A stretch of 64,000 nucleotides of DNA, taken from Candidatus Falkowbacteria bacterium. GTDB lineage: Bacteria > Patescibacteriota > Patescibacteriia > Patescibacteriales > Patescibacteriaceae. The translations under genes and the position numbers were made by a program. Below the pieces are notes generated by a model. The model saw nothing but the letters and a program-made list of their open reading frames with translations, made no database searches and was not told the DNA's origin. Positions 51,103 to 59,254 of the stretch are shown here, piece after piece; the first letter of the stretch is position 1, and every line of letters begins with the position of its first letter. Location: positions 18,212 through 82,211 of the forward strand of contig CAIUCZ010000030.1 in assembly GCA_903897785.1 (NCBI GenBank), written 5' to 3'.

Positions 51103-51939
51103 TTAATTATTACTTAACTCGTCCGCCGAAGAGGCGGAATCTGCTTTTTTCTTTCTGGTTCTCTTAGGTTTTTCAACTTCCGCTTCGCTTGTCGTTTCAT
51201 CAACCGGAACTTCCACAACGGCCGGCGCTTCCACCGTCAAACCCTCTTCGGCCAAAGCGACCACGGCATTAAACTGTTCCACCAAAATTTTGGCGGAGGC
51301 GGCAAAAGCGGCCTGCGGTTCAATCGTGCCGTCGGTGGTGATGGACAAAACCAATTTGTCCCAATCGGTCATTTTACCGACGCGGGTATTTTCCACGTTC
51401 AAAGCGACATTCAAAATCGGAGAGAATATGGAATCAATTTCAATATAACCGATTTCGCTGGCTTTGTTCTCGCGATTTTCCACCTGTTCATAGCCGAGGC
51501 CCCGCGAGACAAAAATTTCCATTTCTAATTTACCGGCCATGTCGGTGATATTGGCCAAAACCAAATCAGGATTAACCACCTGCACTTCGGCATTTTTCTT
51601 AATATCGCCGGCTTTGATTTGCTTTTCACCATGAACTTCTAATTCCAAGCGAACCACCGGCTCTTCGGAAAAATATTTAAAACGCAATTGCTTCAAATTC
51701 AAAATCATCTGCAAAATATCTTCTTTGACATGCGGGATGGCCATAAATTCATGATCCACGCCGGCGATTTTGACACCGATCACCGCCGAACCGGGCAAAC
51801 TGGCCAACAACACGCGGCGCAAGGAATTGCCCAAAGTCGCGCCATAGCCGGGATTTAACGGCTCAACGATAATATCAGCTTGGTTGGGCGTTGCACCCGG
51901 AACCACTTCAATTTTCTTTGGTAAAGCAATACTTTGCAT
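51103..51939 (-). CDS. rpoA: DNA-directed RNA polymerase alpha subunit, N-terminal domain only
   Basis: GYGATLGNSLRRVLLASLPG and the NTD through ILVEQFNAVVAL. The remaining 48 aa are low-complexity (EVEKPKRTRKKKADSASSADE). No alpha-CTD-like HhH motif. Confidence 0.9.
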   Translation of the reverse strand: MQSIALPKKIEVVPGATPNQADIIVEPLNPGYGATLGNSLRRVLLASLPGSAVIGVKIAGVDHEFMAIPHVKEDILQMILNLKQLRFKYFSEEPVVRLELEVHGEKQIKAGDIKKNAEVQVVNPDLVLANITDMAGKLEMEIFVSRGLGYEQVENRENKASEIGYIEIDSIFSPILNVALNVENTRVGKMTDWDKLVLSITTDGTIEPQAAFAASAKILVEQFNAVVALAEEGLTVEAPAVVEVPVDETTSEAEVEKPKRTRKKKADSASSADELSNN

Positions 51940-51944
51940 AAAAT

Positions 51945-52077
51945 TTTGGAATCTGGAAGCTGGAATCTGGAATCTGGAGCCTGCCTGCCGGCAGGCGGGT
52001 TTTAATTCTCCAAATTCTAAATTCCAAATTCCAAATTCTTGTTTGTATATTTGTAATAATTTGTATTTGTAGTAATT
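51945..52077. repeat. C-family word hairpin (51945-52039) plus E-family single arm (52040-52077)
   Basis: tggaatctggaagctggaatctggaatctggag cctgcctgccggcaggcggg ...ctccaaattctaaattccaaattccaaattc, then tgtttgtatatttgtaataatttgtatttgtagtaat. Confidence 0.85.
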
Positions 52078-52704
52078 TTATTTTGAATAAAACTCGACAA
52101 TCATCTGCGTCTTAACGGATTTGTCCAAATCATCAACAGTCGGCGCGTGTAAAACTTTGCCCGTTTTTTCCATCGGATCAAAGTTCAGCCAACCGGGCAC
52201 GTAATTATCTTTCATTTTGTCGGCCAAATCGGCAAACGTTTTTTTGTTTTGTTTATTTTTCTTGATAGCAATAATATCGCCTGGTTTAACTTGATAAGAC
52301 GGGATATCGACTAGTTTGCCGTTGACAGTGAACATGCCGTGGCTGACCAACTGGCGAGCCGCCGGACGAGATTTGCAAAAGCCAAAACGATAAACGGTGT
52401 TGTCCAAACGAGTTTCCAGCAAGCGCAATAAATTCTCACCGGCATCACCCAAATTTTTGGCCTTGTCAAAAGTCAATTTAAATTGTTTTTCGCGCATGCC
52501 ATAGGTCCATTTTAAACCTTGTTTAACGCGCAGCATCTGGCCGTATTCGCTCAGCTTCTTGACGCGTTTGGCGCCATGAATACCCGGAGGCGTGGCGCCG
52601 GTAGCCATCGGGCACTTAGCCGTCTTGCAGCGTTCACCTTTTAACATCAATTTTTGACCTTCACGTCGGCATAAGCGACATTGGGCGTTGGTAAGAGTAG
52701 TCAT
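52078..52704 (-). CDS. rpsD: 30S ribosomal protein S4
   Basis: CRLCRREGQKL, EYGQMLRVKQ, and the S4 domain ARQLVSHGMFTVNGKLVDIPSYQVKPGD. Confidence 0.95.
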   Translation of the reverse strand: MTTLTNAQCRLCRREGQKLMLKGERCKTAKCPMATGATPPGIHGAKRVKKLSEYGQMLRVKQGLKWTYGMREKQFKLTFDKAKNLGDAGENLLRLLETRLDNTVYRFGFCKSRPAARQLVSHGMFTVNGKLVDIPSYQVKPGDIIAIKKNKQNKKTFADLADKMKDNYVPGWLNFDPMEKTGKVLHAPTVDDLDKSVKTQMIVEFYSK

Positions 52705-52709
52705 AAGTT

Positions 52710-53267
52710 TTAAATCCTTCTCGGCTTACGGCCGCGGCAACCATTATGCGGCACCGGGGTGATATCTTTGATAAAAGTAATGTTCAGGCCATTGGCATTC
52801 AAAGCGCGCACGGCTGATTCACGACCGGTCCCTACGCCTTTAACAAACACGCCGACTTCTTGCAAGCCAAACTCTTTGGCTTTTTCCACGGCAATGCGCA
52901 CAATAATCTGCGCGGCGTATGGCGTGGACTTTTTCGGGCCTTTAAAACCGGCCAAACCGGCATTCGCCCAAGAAATCACATTACCGACCGGATCAGTCAA
53001 AGTAACGATCGTGTTGTTATAAGTGGAGTTGATAAACGCTTTGCCGCTGGTCACTTTGGCTTGAGCTTGCTTTTTTTTCTTTTTGCTCTTGCTGGCCAAG
53101 CGCGCGGCTTTGGATTTTTCCAATTTCTTTTTGATTTCTTCCGGCAGCTCTTCCAACTGGGCGCCATTATTCGACGGCACAGGCATTTCCGCTTGGTCCG
53201 GGGCTTGTAAATCTATCTTTTCTGTTTGATCGCCGAGTTCATCGGTCAATTTAACTTCTTCGGTCAT
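52710..53267 (-). CDS. rpsK: 30S ribosomal protein S11 with ~55-aa N-terminal extension
   Basis: Core [18 protein letters not shown] ... [12 protein letters not shown], preceded by an acidic/Lys-rich extension. Confidence 0.93.
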   Translation of the reverse strand: MTEEVKLTDELGDQTEKIDLQAPDQAEMPVPSNNGAQLEELPEEIKKKLEKSKAARLASKSKKKKKQAQAKVTSGKAFINSTYNNTIVTLTDPVGNVISWANAGLAGFKGPKKSTPYAAQIIVRIAVEKAKEFGLQEVGVFVKGVGTGRESAVRALNANGLNITFIKDITPVPHNGCRGRKPRRI

Positions 53268-53270
53268 ACG

Positions 53271-53343
53271 ATTCGGAATTTGGAATTTGGAATTTAGAAT
53301 TTGGATTTTATCTCCAGATTCCAGATTCCAGATTCTAAATTCT
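53271..53343. repeat. C-family word hairpin
   Basis: attcggaatttggaatttggaatttagaatttggat / atctccagattccagattccagattctaaattc. Confidence 0.85.
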
Positions 53344-53384
53344 GTTGTTTAAGTTTTAAATCTTAAATTTATATAATTTGTTTT

Positions 53385-53409
53385 GACTTGTGACTAACGA
53401 CTAGTGACT
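53385..53409. repeat. F-family word segment
   Basis: gacttgtgactaacgactagtgact. Confidence 0.55.
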
Positions 53410-53411
53410 TT

Positions 53412-53804
53412 TTACGTTTTTTGTCCGGCCACTTTTCTGCCGGAACCCATGGTCCGACGTTTGTTGCCGCGCAAAGTGCGGTTATTGGTCTTAGTGCGCT
53501 GGCCGCGAGACGGCAAGCCTTTGGTGTGACGCGTTCCGCGATAGCTGCCGATTTCTTTTAACCGTTTAATGTTGCCGGCCACTTCGCGCCGTAAATCGCC
53601 TTCCACCTTAAACTGCTTTTCAATCATGTTGCGCAATAAGTTGGCTTGTTCGTCAGTCAAATCTTTAACGCGAACATCAGGACTAATCTTGGTACTGGCT
53701 AAAATTTTGTCTGACGTATAGCGGCTAATGCCGTAAATATAAGTCAACGCGATCTGCACGCGTTTGTCATTGGGAATTGTTACACCGGAGATACGAACGG
53801 CCAT
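53412..53804 (-). CDS. rpsM: 30S ribosomal protein S13
   Basis: [41 protein letters not shown]. Confidence 0.95.
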   Translation of the reverse strand: MAVRISGVTIPNDKRVQIALTYIYGISRYTSDKILASTKISPDVRVKDLTDEQANLLRNMIEKQFKVEGDLRREVAGNIKRLKEIGSYRGTRHTKGLPSRGQRTKTNNRTLRGNKRRTMGSGRKVAGQKT

Positions 53805-53830
53805 ACTAGTTAAAAATTAAAAGTTATAAA

Positions 53831-53895
53831 GTCGTTAGTCATTAGTCGTTAGTCAAGAATAAAAAATTAAAGACTAACAACTAACGACTAACGAC
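53831..53895. repeat. F-family word hairpin (AGTCGTTAG / CTAACGACT)
   Basis: gtcgttagtcattagtcgttagtc / gactaacaactaacgactaacgac; about 21 of 24 positions pair. Confidence 0.85.
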
Positions 53896-53899
53896 TATT

Positions 53900-54013
53900 T
53901 TATCCTTGTCTCTGTTTATGTTTTGGATTTTTACAAATAACACACACCCGGCCTTTGCGGCGGATAGTCTCACAATCTTTACAAATTTTTTTCACTGAAG
54001 CTCTGACTTTCAT
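53900..54013 (-). CDS. rpmJ: 50S ribosomal protein L36 (37 aa, below the ORF-track cutoff)
   Basis: Hand translation: [37 protein letters not shown]. Confidence 0.93.
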   Translation of the reverse strand: MKVRASVKKICKDCETIRRKGRVCVICKNPKHKQRQG

Positions 54014-54021
54014 AATAAATA

Positions 54022-54085
54022 AGTCGTTAGTCGTTAGTCACAAGTCGTCAGTCAATTTTGACTTCCGGCTAACGACTTGCGACTT
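54022..54085. repeat. F-family word hairpin (imperfect)
   Basis: agtcgttagtcgttagtcacaagtcgtcagtc ... ggctaacgacttgcgactt. Confidence 0.7.
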
Positions 54086-54097
54086 ATAACTTTAAAT

Positions 54098-54325
54098 CTA
54101 CATTCTATAAGTAATGCGTCCTTTGCCTAAATCGTAAGGACTTATTTGAATTTTAACGCGGTCACCAAAAGCCAGCCGGATCTTGTTCATCCGCATTTTG
54201 CCGGAGAGATGAGCCAATATTTCATGGCCGTTATCCAATTTTACTTTAAACGAGGCAGAAGGCAGGATTTCTTCAATCTGACCTATAACCTCTATAAATT
54301 CTTTGGAAGCTTCTTCGTGAGCCAT
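54098..54325 (-). CDS. infA: translation initiation factor IF-1
   Basis: S1-like fold: [49 protein letters not shown]. Confidence 0.95.
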   Translation of the reverse strand: MAHEEASKEFIEVIGQIEEILPSASFKVKLDNGHEILAHLSGKMRMNKIRLAFGDRVKIQISPYDLGKGRITYRM

Positions 54326-54586
54326 TAAATAACAAAAAAGTTTGTTAAAACTTATGTTTAACTAAAGTTAAAAAAATGAATAACCTGGATTAGTTATAAA
54401 TTCTATGGCTCATTATATGGTTAAAGCAAAATTATGTCAAGAGTTAGCCCAAAAATAAGTTTATGGAGTTTTTTAACTAAAGTTAGGTAAAAAAAATTGC
54501 TGATTTTTGGAGCAAAATCGACGCTGGGCATAAGTTTTCAGAATTTTAAAGTTTTTCCACGTTAAATCATTTTCAGCCGCTAGCCG

Positions 54587-54615
54587 TTGACAAAATAATA
54601 AGGACGTGATATAAA
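54587..54615 (+). promoter_or_regulatory. strong sigma70-like promoter with extended -10
   Basis: TTGACA (54587-54592), 17-nt spacer ending in TGa, TATAAA (54610-54615). Confidence 0.55.
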
Positions 54616-54619
54616 CAAG

Positions 54620-54648
54620 ACAATACTTTGACAATACTTTGACAATTA
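54620..54648 (+). promoter_or_regulatory. tandem direct repeat just downstream of the promoter (possible operator)
   Basis: gacaatacttt gacaatacttt gacaatt. Confidence 0.4.
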
Positions 54649-54684
54649 GCTGTTAAATTTTCGTACCATTTTAGGAGACTTACC

Positions 54685-55014
54685 GTGAAAAAAATTTTTC
54701 TCATTTCCGCTATTCTGTTGACTGTTTTTACGTCATGTGATGAACGTTGTCCAAGTTCAGAAGAACTTCAATTTTTTCTTCAACAACAAGGAGATTTTCA
54801 AGAAATTATTGTTTGTTTTTCATGCAAAGTGGCGCCAGGCAATACAAAAACTGTTTTCATTGAGCCAACTTCTGAATTACAATATTTTAAGGGCAATGAA
54901 AATAGCCCTGTTGGATATACAATAATTTATAAAACAAAGCAACAAAACTTTAGATTAATTATTCTAAGTAGTACTTACCCTGTTTTTATTATTGCCAGCA
55001 AAGAATTAAAATAA
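54685..55014 (+). CDS. small lipoprotein, hypothetical
   Basis: GTG start with an AGGAG RBS; lipobox LLTVFTSC. AT-rich by eye. Confidence 0.5.
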   Translation: MKKIFLISAILLTVFTSCDERCPSSEELQFFLQQQGDFQEIIVCFSCKVAPGNTKTVFIEPTSELQYFKGNENSPVGYTIIYKTKQQNFRLIILSSTYPVFIIASKELK

Positions 55015-55058
55015 ACAAAACTAAACTTACAAAAGTCGGAAAATTAATCCGACTTTTT

Positions 55059-55277
55059 TTATTTTTTCGCAAAATCGTCTTCTGCCAAATTCGCTTGGCG
55101 CAAAATTGAGCGAAAAGTGCCATAAAGCACATCTTTGCCGTGAATCGGCACAATCACCGTTAACGTCTCGCCGTTTGTTTTTCTATATTTGGCATGCGAA
55201 CCGGTTTGAGAAATAAAAACAAAGCCCTTGCTTGCAAGGACTCTTATTACTAAACGCAGAGTATACGATTTAGGCAT
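55059..55277 (-). CDS. hicA: type II toxin HicA (mRNA interferase)
   Basis: LASKGFVFISQTGSHAKYRK ... VIVPIHGKDVLYGTFRSILRQA. The ATG at 55277 overlaps the hicB stop by 8 nt. Confidence 0.85.
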   Translation of the reverse strand: MPKSYTLRLVIRVLASKGFVFISQTGSHAKYRKTNGETLTVIVPIHGKDVLYGTFRSILRQANLAEDDFAKK

Positions 55278-55488
55278 ACTGCAAAGTGACCGAAGCAATC
55301 GCCGGTCTGGTTACCGCCGCTTTTTGCGGCAAGGGCATATCTTCGAAATACAAAGCCAAAGCATCTTGCAACATGGCCAGCGCCTCTTTTCTGGTTTTGC
55401 CAAAGCTGGAAACATCAACCGCCAAGCATTGGGCAATATAATGGTCGCCTTCTTTCCAAACAACTGATTTTAGATCTATTTTGCGCAT
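55270..55488 (-). CDS. hicB: HicB-family antitoxin (short form)
   Basis: VVWKEGDHYIAQCLAVDVSSFGKTRKEALAMLQDALALYFE. ATG at 55488; an alternative TTG start is at 55506. Confidence 0.8.
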   Translation of the reverse strand: MRKIDLKSVVWKEGDHYIAQCLAVDVSSFGKTRKEALAMLQDALALYFEDMPLPQKAAVTRPAIASVTLQYA

Positions 55489-55513
55489 AAAATTTAATTT
55501 GTTCAATTAAAAT

Positions 55514-55541
55514 ATTATAACACAAATAAAAAATAAATCAA
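55514..55541 (-). promoter_or_regulatory. sigma70-like promoter for hicBA
   Basis: Minus strand: TTGATT (55541-55536), 16-nt spacer, TATAAT (55519-55514). Confidence 0.4.
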
Positions 55542-55602
55542 CTCAAGACTACGGCAAAGCAAAATTTGTTATGAAAAACCCGCTATCAATCAAGATAACG
55601 GG

Positions 55603-56484
55603 TTACAAAGGTTTGTTTAAAACTTTGACCTTATTTTTACGGCGAATCACGGTGATTGCCTTGTTGATAGTGCGACGCACCCATTCCGAGGAAAAGCCAA
55701 GCCGATCACCAATTACTTGCAAAGGCACAATTTCAAAAAGCTCTTGATCCAGCAAATTAAAATGCATTTGCAAAACTTCTCGCTCCTTGTCGTAAAACGG
55801 CGACGCTAACGACCGCAGCAACTGTTGCAAAAGATCTTTTTTCTCCAGCTGCTCAACAAAGTTATCAGCCTCCGCATCAGCCAGAACGTCATGATAAGTA
55901 AAATCACGATTATCGCCGATAGCATCATCCAAGCTGTGAGTTAAATCAATCGCGCCAAACAGCACTTCAGCCACCTCCGTTTCTTCTTGCTTTAACTCGC
56001 TGGCCAAATCAACGATGCCGACAGCTCGACCAAGTTTTTGCTCCAAAGAGCTAAGCGCTTTTTGCGCTTTAAGCTGGCGCGTAATCAAAGCAAAGCTTTG
56101 ATGAATCTGGTAGCCTTTTTGCAGAACAAAGGCGATCAGTCGCCAATAGACCCGCAAATAAGCATAAAGCAAAAAATCTTTCGGCCGGCCGTCTTTACCC
56201 AAACGCGACGAAGAATATTTGTCAATCGCTTCAAAAAAGAACAAACAGCCCTCTTGAAACAAATCATCAACAGTAAAAGTGTTTTTTTCAAATCGCGCGC
56301 CAACTAAGCGAGCCAAGCGCCAAATCATAGTATAATGCGTTTCCAGCAAAATATTTCTGGCTTGCAGATCGCCGGCTTGCGCCAGGTCGATCAACCGGGC
56401 AACTTCCTCTTTAGGCAAAGGCGGAGTTTTATTGATATAATCCTCCATAATCTTACCGCGCGCGCTAGAAACAGCACGTTTCAT
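55603..56484 (-). CDS. sigma-70 family RNA polymerase sigma factor (alternative, group 3-like)
   Basis: AAGGAG RBS. Region 2 DDLFQEGCLFFFEAIDKY; region 4.2 HTH LQVIGDRLGFSSEWVRRTINKAI. Confidence 0.85.
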   Translation of the reverse strand: MKRAVSSARGKIMEDYINKTPPLPKEEVARLIDLAQAGDLQARNILLETHYTMIWRLARLVGARFEKNTFTVDDLFQEGCLFFFEAIDKYSSSRLGKDGRPKDFLLYAYLRVYWRLIAFVLQKGYQIHQSFALITRQLKAQKALSSLEQKLGRAVGIVDLASELKQEETEVAEVLFGAIDLTHSLDDAIGDNRDFTYHDVLADAEADNFVEQLEKKDLLQQLLRSLASPFYDKEREVLQMHFNLLDQELFEIVPLQVIGDRLGFSSEWVRRTINKAITVIRRKNKVKVLNKPL

Positions 56485-56557
56485 TGGTCACTCCTTAAAT
56501 TATGTAACGAACTGGCTATAGTTATAAAATAAAACGAAAAAAAATGCAAATTTAAAA

Positions 56558-56600
56558 CTGCCACAGTCCTCCGACTTGAAGTCGGAGAGACTACGGCAGG
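56558..56600. repeat. K-family hairpin
   Basis: ctgccacagtcctccgacttgaagtcggagagactacggcagg. Confidence 0.75.
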
Positions 56601-56626
56601 GCGGTGATTATTTTTGTGATTACTTT

Positions 56627-58435
56627 TTAGGACAAGGTTGCTTTTATTCGCCGCACCCCGGCGCTCGACGCTTCTTCTTTAATAATCTTAAAACTGCCCA
56701 GCTCACCGGTATTGCTGGCATGCGGGCCGCCGCAAATTTCGCAAGAGAACATCTTATCCCCCTGCCCGACCGTGTAAACTTTAACCATCTGACCGTACTT
56801 GGTATCAAACACCCCCATGGCCTGCATCGCTTTGGCTTCGGCTAATGGCATTTCTTGCACCGTGACCGGCAGTTCATCTTTGATGGCCTGATTAACCAAA
56901 CCTTCCACCTCTTTTATTTGCTCCGGCGTCATCTTGTCCGGATAGGAAAAATCCAAACGCAAACGCTCAACTGTAATATTTGATCCTTTCTGGAAAACGC
57001 CGTCGCCCAAAACTTTGCGCAAAGCCGCCAGCAACAAATGCACCGCGGTGTGTAATTTGGTTGTTGCTTCGGCATGATCAGCCAAACCGCCTTTGAACTT
57101 GCCGGCGGTTGCTGTGCGCGACAAATCTTTGTGCCGCTCCAATTCAGCCACAAAACCGGCTTCATCGACAATAATATCTTTTTCTTTGGCCAGCTCGCGG
57201 GTCAGTTCAATCGGAAAACCATAAGATTGATACAAATCAAACGCATCAACCCCGCTAATTTTTTTGTTGTTTAAAACTAAATTATTAAATCTTTGTTCGC
57301 CTGTTTGCAAGGTTTGCTTGAATTTTGTTTCTTCTTTGTTTAGTTCCGCCACAATTTTCGGCTGATTAGCGATTAGCTCCGGATAGACCTCACCCAATTG
57401 GTCAATAAAAATTTGGGCGATGGTCGAGCAAAAATTAATTTCTTGATTAATCCCCAGCTTTTTGGCCGCACGCATCGCTCGGCGAATCAAACGGCGCAAA
57501 ACATAGCCTTGATCTTTATTAGACGGCACAATCCCCTTTTGATCGCCAATCATGACGGTCGCGGCGCGCAAATGATCGGCAATGATACGAAAATCCGTCG
57601 CTTGATCTTTATATTTTTTGCCAGACAGCTCTTCTAATTTGGCAATGGCAAGATCGAATAAATCCGTTTGATAGATATCGGAAATGTTATTGATTGTACA
57701 AAGAGTTCGTTCCAAACCCATGCCGGTGTCCACGTTTTTTTGCTTGAGCGAAGCAAATGAACCGTCGGCTTGCTTGTCATAAGCCATAAAAACATTATTC
57801 CAAATCTCCACCCAGCGAGAATCAGCGTGCGTGGCTTGAAAATCTTCCGGCGCCGCTTCAGAGCCGCCTGCCCTGAGCGAAGTCGAAGGGGTCCAATAAA
57901 AAATTTCCGTGTCCGGTCCGCATGGCCCGGTTTGACCCGCCGGCCCCCACCAATTATCAGTTTTAGCCAACTTGGCGATGCGTTTATGAGACACGCCCGT
58001 TTCTAACCAAAAATTATAAGAGTCTTGGTCAAATTCAGCATCCTGATCACCGGCAAAAACTGAAAAAGCTAGCTTGGCTTTATCCAGATTCAAATAATCC
58101 GGGCTAGTCAAGAATTCCCAGCTCCAAGCAATCGATTCTTGTTTAAAATAATCACCCAAACTCCAATTGCCCAACATTTCAAAAAATGTCAGGTGCGTCA
58201 GATCGCCCACTTCATCAATATCGCCGGTACGAATGCATTTTTGCGCGCTGGCCAAACGATTGCCGGCAGGATGAGTTTGGCCGAGCAAATACGGCACCAA
58301 GGGATGCATGCCGGCAGTGGTAAACAAAACCGTCGGATCATTTTCCGGAATAATCGAAGCGCTGGGAATAATCGTGTGGCCGTGGGCGGCAAAGAAATCT
58401 AAGAATTTTTGCCTGATTTGCTTGGAATTTATCAT
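56627..58435 (-). CDS. alaS: alanine--tRNA ligase, short form (602 aa; catalytic + editing domains, no C-Ala domain)
   Basis: FFAAHGHTIIPSASI, FTTAGM and WGPAGQTGPCGPDTEIF. Editing-domain motifs HTAVHLLLAALR and CGGPHASNTGELG. Confidence 0.93.
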   Translation of the reverse strand: MINSKQIRQKFLDFFAAHGHTIIPSASIIPENDPTVLFTTAGMHPLVPYLLGQTHPAGNRLASAQKCIRTGDIDEVGDLTHLTFFEMLGNWSLGDYFKQESIAWSWEFLTSPDYLNLDKAKLAFSVFAGDQDAEFDQDSYNFWLETGVSHKRIAKLAKTDNWWGPAGQTGPCGPDTEIFYWTPSTSLRAGGSEAAPEDFQATHADSRWVEIWNNVFMAYDKQADGSFASLKQKNVDTGMGLERTLCTINNISDIYQTDLFDLAIAKLEELSGKKYKDQATDFRIIADHLRAATVMIGDQKGIVPSNKDQGYVLRRLIRRAMRAAKKLGINQEINFCSTIAQIFIDQLGEVYPELIANQPKIVAELNKEETKFKQTLQTGEQRFNNLVLNNKKISGVDAFDLYQSYGFPIELTRELAKEKDIIVDEAGFVAELERHKDLSRTATAGKFKGGLADHAEATTKLHTAVHLLLAALRKVLGDGVFQKGSNITVERLRLDFSYPDKMTPEQIKEVEGLVNQAIKDELPVTVQEMPLAEAKAMQAMGVFDTKYGQMVKVYTVGQGDKMFSCEICGGPHASNTGELGSFKIIKEEASSAGVRRIKATLS

Positions 58436-58490
58436 ATTTTTACAATTCTAATGAGTTTTCAGTATAATCGAGGTTAATTTTTTTAGCAAG

Positions 58491-59111
58491 CTAGCGGCCA
58501 GTATGTTTGCCAGCGGCTGCGGAAAATAACTTGATAATTCTTTTTTCCATCAAATCAACCAAAGCATAATAAGTCAACAGCCAAAAAATCATTTTTTGCG
58601 GTTGTTCCACAAACAAACCGGCGGCTGTACCGAAATTAAAGTTAAAATGCGCCGCACCCAAAGCCGGGATAGGCAGAATCGCCGCCGGCAAAGCGCAAGC
58701 CAATAATAACATCACCCGGGAAAAACCCAGCCAAATCGCAATTGTTATGGCTTGGTATTGATTGGTCTTGCGCGCGCTAAGCGCTCGGCCGATGATCGTC
58801 GCCAAAAAAATAAAAACTTGAGTCAATCCGCCATGCATCGCTACAAAAAATAAAAAAAATCCGTACAAAAGAAAAGCAAACAAAACTAAAAGTTTACTTC
58901 GAGACAAACTGACCAAGCCAAAACCGACCGAGGCGTGGCCAAACACAAACTCAAAGATAAAACACAGCATCATAAAACTGCCCAAATCGTGAAAGTCAAG
59001 ACTAACCACCAAGTTAGGCGCCAGCCAAATAGCCAAAAAAATCAAAGGCAGCAATAGGTCAGAAAAGAAAAACAGGCCGGCATCGCCGATGATCTGAAAA
59101 ACATCATCCAT
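58491..59111 (-). CDS. hypothetical polytopic membrane protein
   Basis: 206 aa with about 6 TM helices; no family recognised. Confidence 0.55.
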   Translation of the reverse strand: MDDVFQIIGDAGLFFFSDLLLPLIFLAIWLAPNLVVSLDFHDLGSFMMLCFIFEFVFGHASVGFGLVSLSRSKLLVLFAFLLYGFFLFFVAMHGGLTQVFIFLATIIGRALSARKTNQYQAITIAIWLGFSRVMLLLACALPAAILPIPALGAAHFNFNFGTAAGLFVEQPQKMIFWLLTYYALVDLMEKRIIKLFSAAAGKHTGR

Positions 59112-59209
59112 GGGTTTATTTTTAAAATTTATGACTATATCCTACCAAGTTTAAAGCTTTTGCGCAACTTGAAAAATCAACCAAAGCAATGTAGTATAAA
59201 AACTACCAA

Positions 59210-59228
59210 CCCCGCCTCATCGGCGGGC
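59210..59228. repeat. J-family small hairpin
   Basis: ccccgcctcatcggcgggc. Confidence 0.55.
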
Positions 59229-59254
59229 AAGCTACCATCCTACCCGCCTAGCCT

